Shown piece after piece: positions 62,953 through 64,000 of a stretch of 64,000 nucleotides of DNA. The DNA comes from Tolypothrix carrinoi HA7290-LM1 (lineage in GTDB: Bacteria > Cyanobacteriota > Cyanobacteriia > Cyanobacteriales > Nostocaceae): contig JAHHIK010000001.1 of NCBI GenBank assembly GCA_019358935.1, positions 96,001 through 160,000 on the forward strand. Reading direction: 5' to 3'. The first letter of the stretch is position 1. Each line of letters begins with the position of its first letter. Both the position numbers and the translations under genes were made by a program. The notes beneath the pieces are model-generated. The model saw nothing but the letters and a program-made list of their open reading frames with translations, ran no database searches and was not told the DNA's origin.

Positions 62953-63303
62953 ATGTTGAAGAAAACTTACGCTTTTAGTCTTTTAGCCGCAGCAATGATT
63001 ATAGCACCATCTGCTGCCTTCGCAGGCGATTCAGGTACTCGCCAAGAGCTTAATCAAAGTGCTACTTCGATTAACAACAGTCGAGTCGATCAAAAAGCTA
63101 GCCAAACTAGCTACCAGTACCGCACCAATGGAGCAGGTTCTCGCTACGGCAACAAATACTGTGGAGGAAACCAGCAATCACAACGCTCAAATCAGCGTAT
63201 TGACCAAAATGGTGTAGCGATCAATGATAGCGTTGTCAGCCAACGTGCCGACCAAACAAACTTGCAACGTCAAGCTGGTGCCGCTCAACGGTACTGCCGC
63301 TAA
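62953..63303 (+). CDS. Secreted Q/N/S/T-rich two-repeat protein, divergent copy 9
   Basis: Same signal and Q spacing but divergent sequence; 2 Cys (KYCGG, RYCR). Confidence 0.88.
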   Translation: MLKKTYAFSLLAAAMIIAPSAAFAGDSGTRQELNQSATSINNSRVDQKASQTSYQYRTNGAGSRYGNKYCGGNQQSQRSNQRIDQNGVAINDSVVSQRADQTNLQRQAGAAQRYCR

Positions 63304-63585
63304 AGCACTTGTGTTATCAGCTTAAGCTATCAAGTTTCAAACTTAAAATGCTGTGGCTGCTGACTAAACCCTTGATTAATTCTACTGCCACGAGAAAGGC
63401 GTTGTTAAATAATTCTTGCAGCGCCGGGATCCGATAAGCAAATTGCTTTTAAGTCGAATTAGTCTGGAGTGCGATCGTGTGGTGTGGTGTGGTGCTGACA
63501 GCTTTTTAACAGGGGTATTACCGATTTGCTAGCTTGCGAAGCAGAAAAAAAAATCGGTTTTTTCTATTAGGAGAGTGATTAAGTT

Positions 63586-64000
63586 ATGTTTCCCAAACAA
63601 ACAGTTTCATTACTAGCAGTCTTGTCTGCGCTAATTGCATTACCAAGTGGAATTGCCAGAGCCGGTGACATTTTCGTTCAAACTGATAACGTTCAAGTCT
63701 CGGTTGGCAATGACAGCGGTATCCGGATTAACAACACTCCCACACACAGGTTCAAGTCTCCCCGTTGGCTTTCTGCACCGATCGCATCACCTCGCAGCAT
63801 TGTCACAGCAGGTAACACGATAGTTGAAACTGACGACGTTATGGTCGATGTTGATGACTACGATGACGACGACGATATCAGGGTTAACACAACTCCCAGA
63901 AGAACTATTATTCGCACTCCAGCGCGGATTTATCGACCAAATAATGTTCGGACTTACGGAATTTGGAAAAACCCCCGCTCAACTCCGTCTATGAAATGTA
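63586..64000 (+). CDS. Secreted hypothetical protein, truncated by the window end (not in ORF track)
   Basis: AGGAG then ATG 63586; MFPKQTVSLLAVLSALIALPSGIARA|GDIFVQTDNVQVSVG..DDYDDDDD..; frame open to 64000. Confidence 0.8.
   Translation, partial: MFPKQTVSLLAVLSALIALPSGIARAGDIFVQTDNVQVSVGNDSGIRINNTPTHRFKSPRWLSAPIASPRSIVTAGNTIVETDDVMVDVDDYDDDDDIRVNTTPRRTIIRTPARIYRPNNVRTYGIWKNPRSTPSMKC

Larger units (their letters stand above)
59061..63303 (+). repeat. Tandem gene array: nine ~470-500 bp units (gene plus spacer)
   Basis: Starts at 59061, 59562, 60060, 60559, 61036, 61536, 62004, 62473 and 62953; near-identical DNA in copies 1-8. Confidence 0.95.

Noticed and set aside
59061..63303. Array as CRISPR, RiPP precursor cluster or VNTR
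   Set aside because: Units are ~480-bp complete genes with AxA-ending Sec signals. There is no short repeat-spacer pattern, no double-Gly/Nif11 leader-core layout and no modifying enzymes in the window.

Overview
This window comes from a heterocyst-forming cyanobacterium (Nostocales-like), judged by the HIP1 GCGATCGC sites, heptamer STRR tracts and nif/hup/cox2/cnfR gene set. (1) Positions 1-~3320 are the right-hand end of a DNA element interrupting nifK. It holds an XisF-type large serine recombinase, a small convergent ORF, an MbtH-like gene and a GT32 glycosyltransferase; its left end lies outside the window. (2) ~3.3-47 kb is a near-continuous nitrogen-fixation island: nifK 3' fragment, nifENX, nifW, hesAB, fdxH, feoA, heme o synthase, hupSL/hupW, hup accessory ORFs with hypFCDEAB, conserved heterocyst ORFs, cysK, coxBAC(II), fdxB and cnfR/patB. 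A 382-bp non-autonomous IS200/IS605 derivative sits in the 3' end of coxB. (3) 47-58.7 kb is housekeeping and polysaccharide genes (Uma2, cobU, two GT2s, WcaF/HpsU-like acetyltransferase, HxlR plus oxidoreductase, DUF2330, RnfD-like, polysaccharide deacetylase, XRE regulator). (4) 59-63.3 kb is the most unusual part: a tandem array of nine genes for ~120-aa Sec-signal, Q/N/S/T/G-rich proteins. Each has two 34-aa Gln-ladder hairpin repeats, and the genes are separated by spacers that conserve an RNA-like stem. This is a candidate undescribed functional-amyloid or extracellular-fibre system. All assignments come from reading motifs by eye; no database searches were run.
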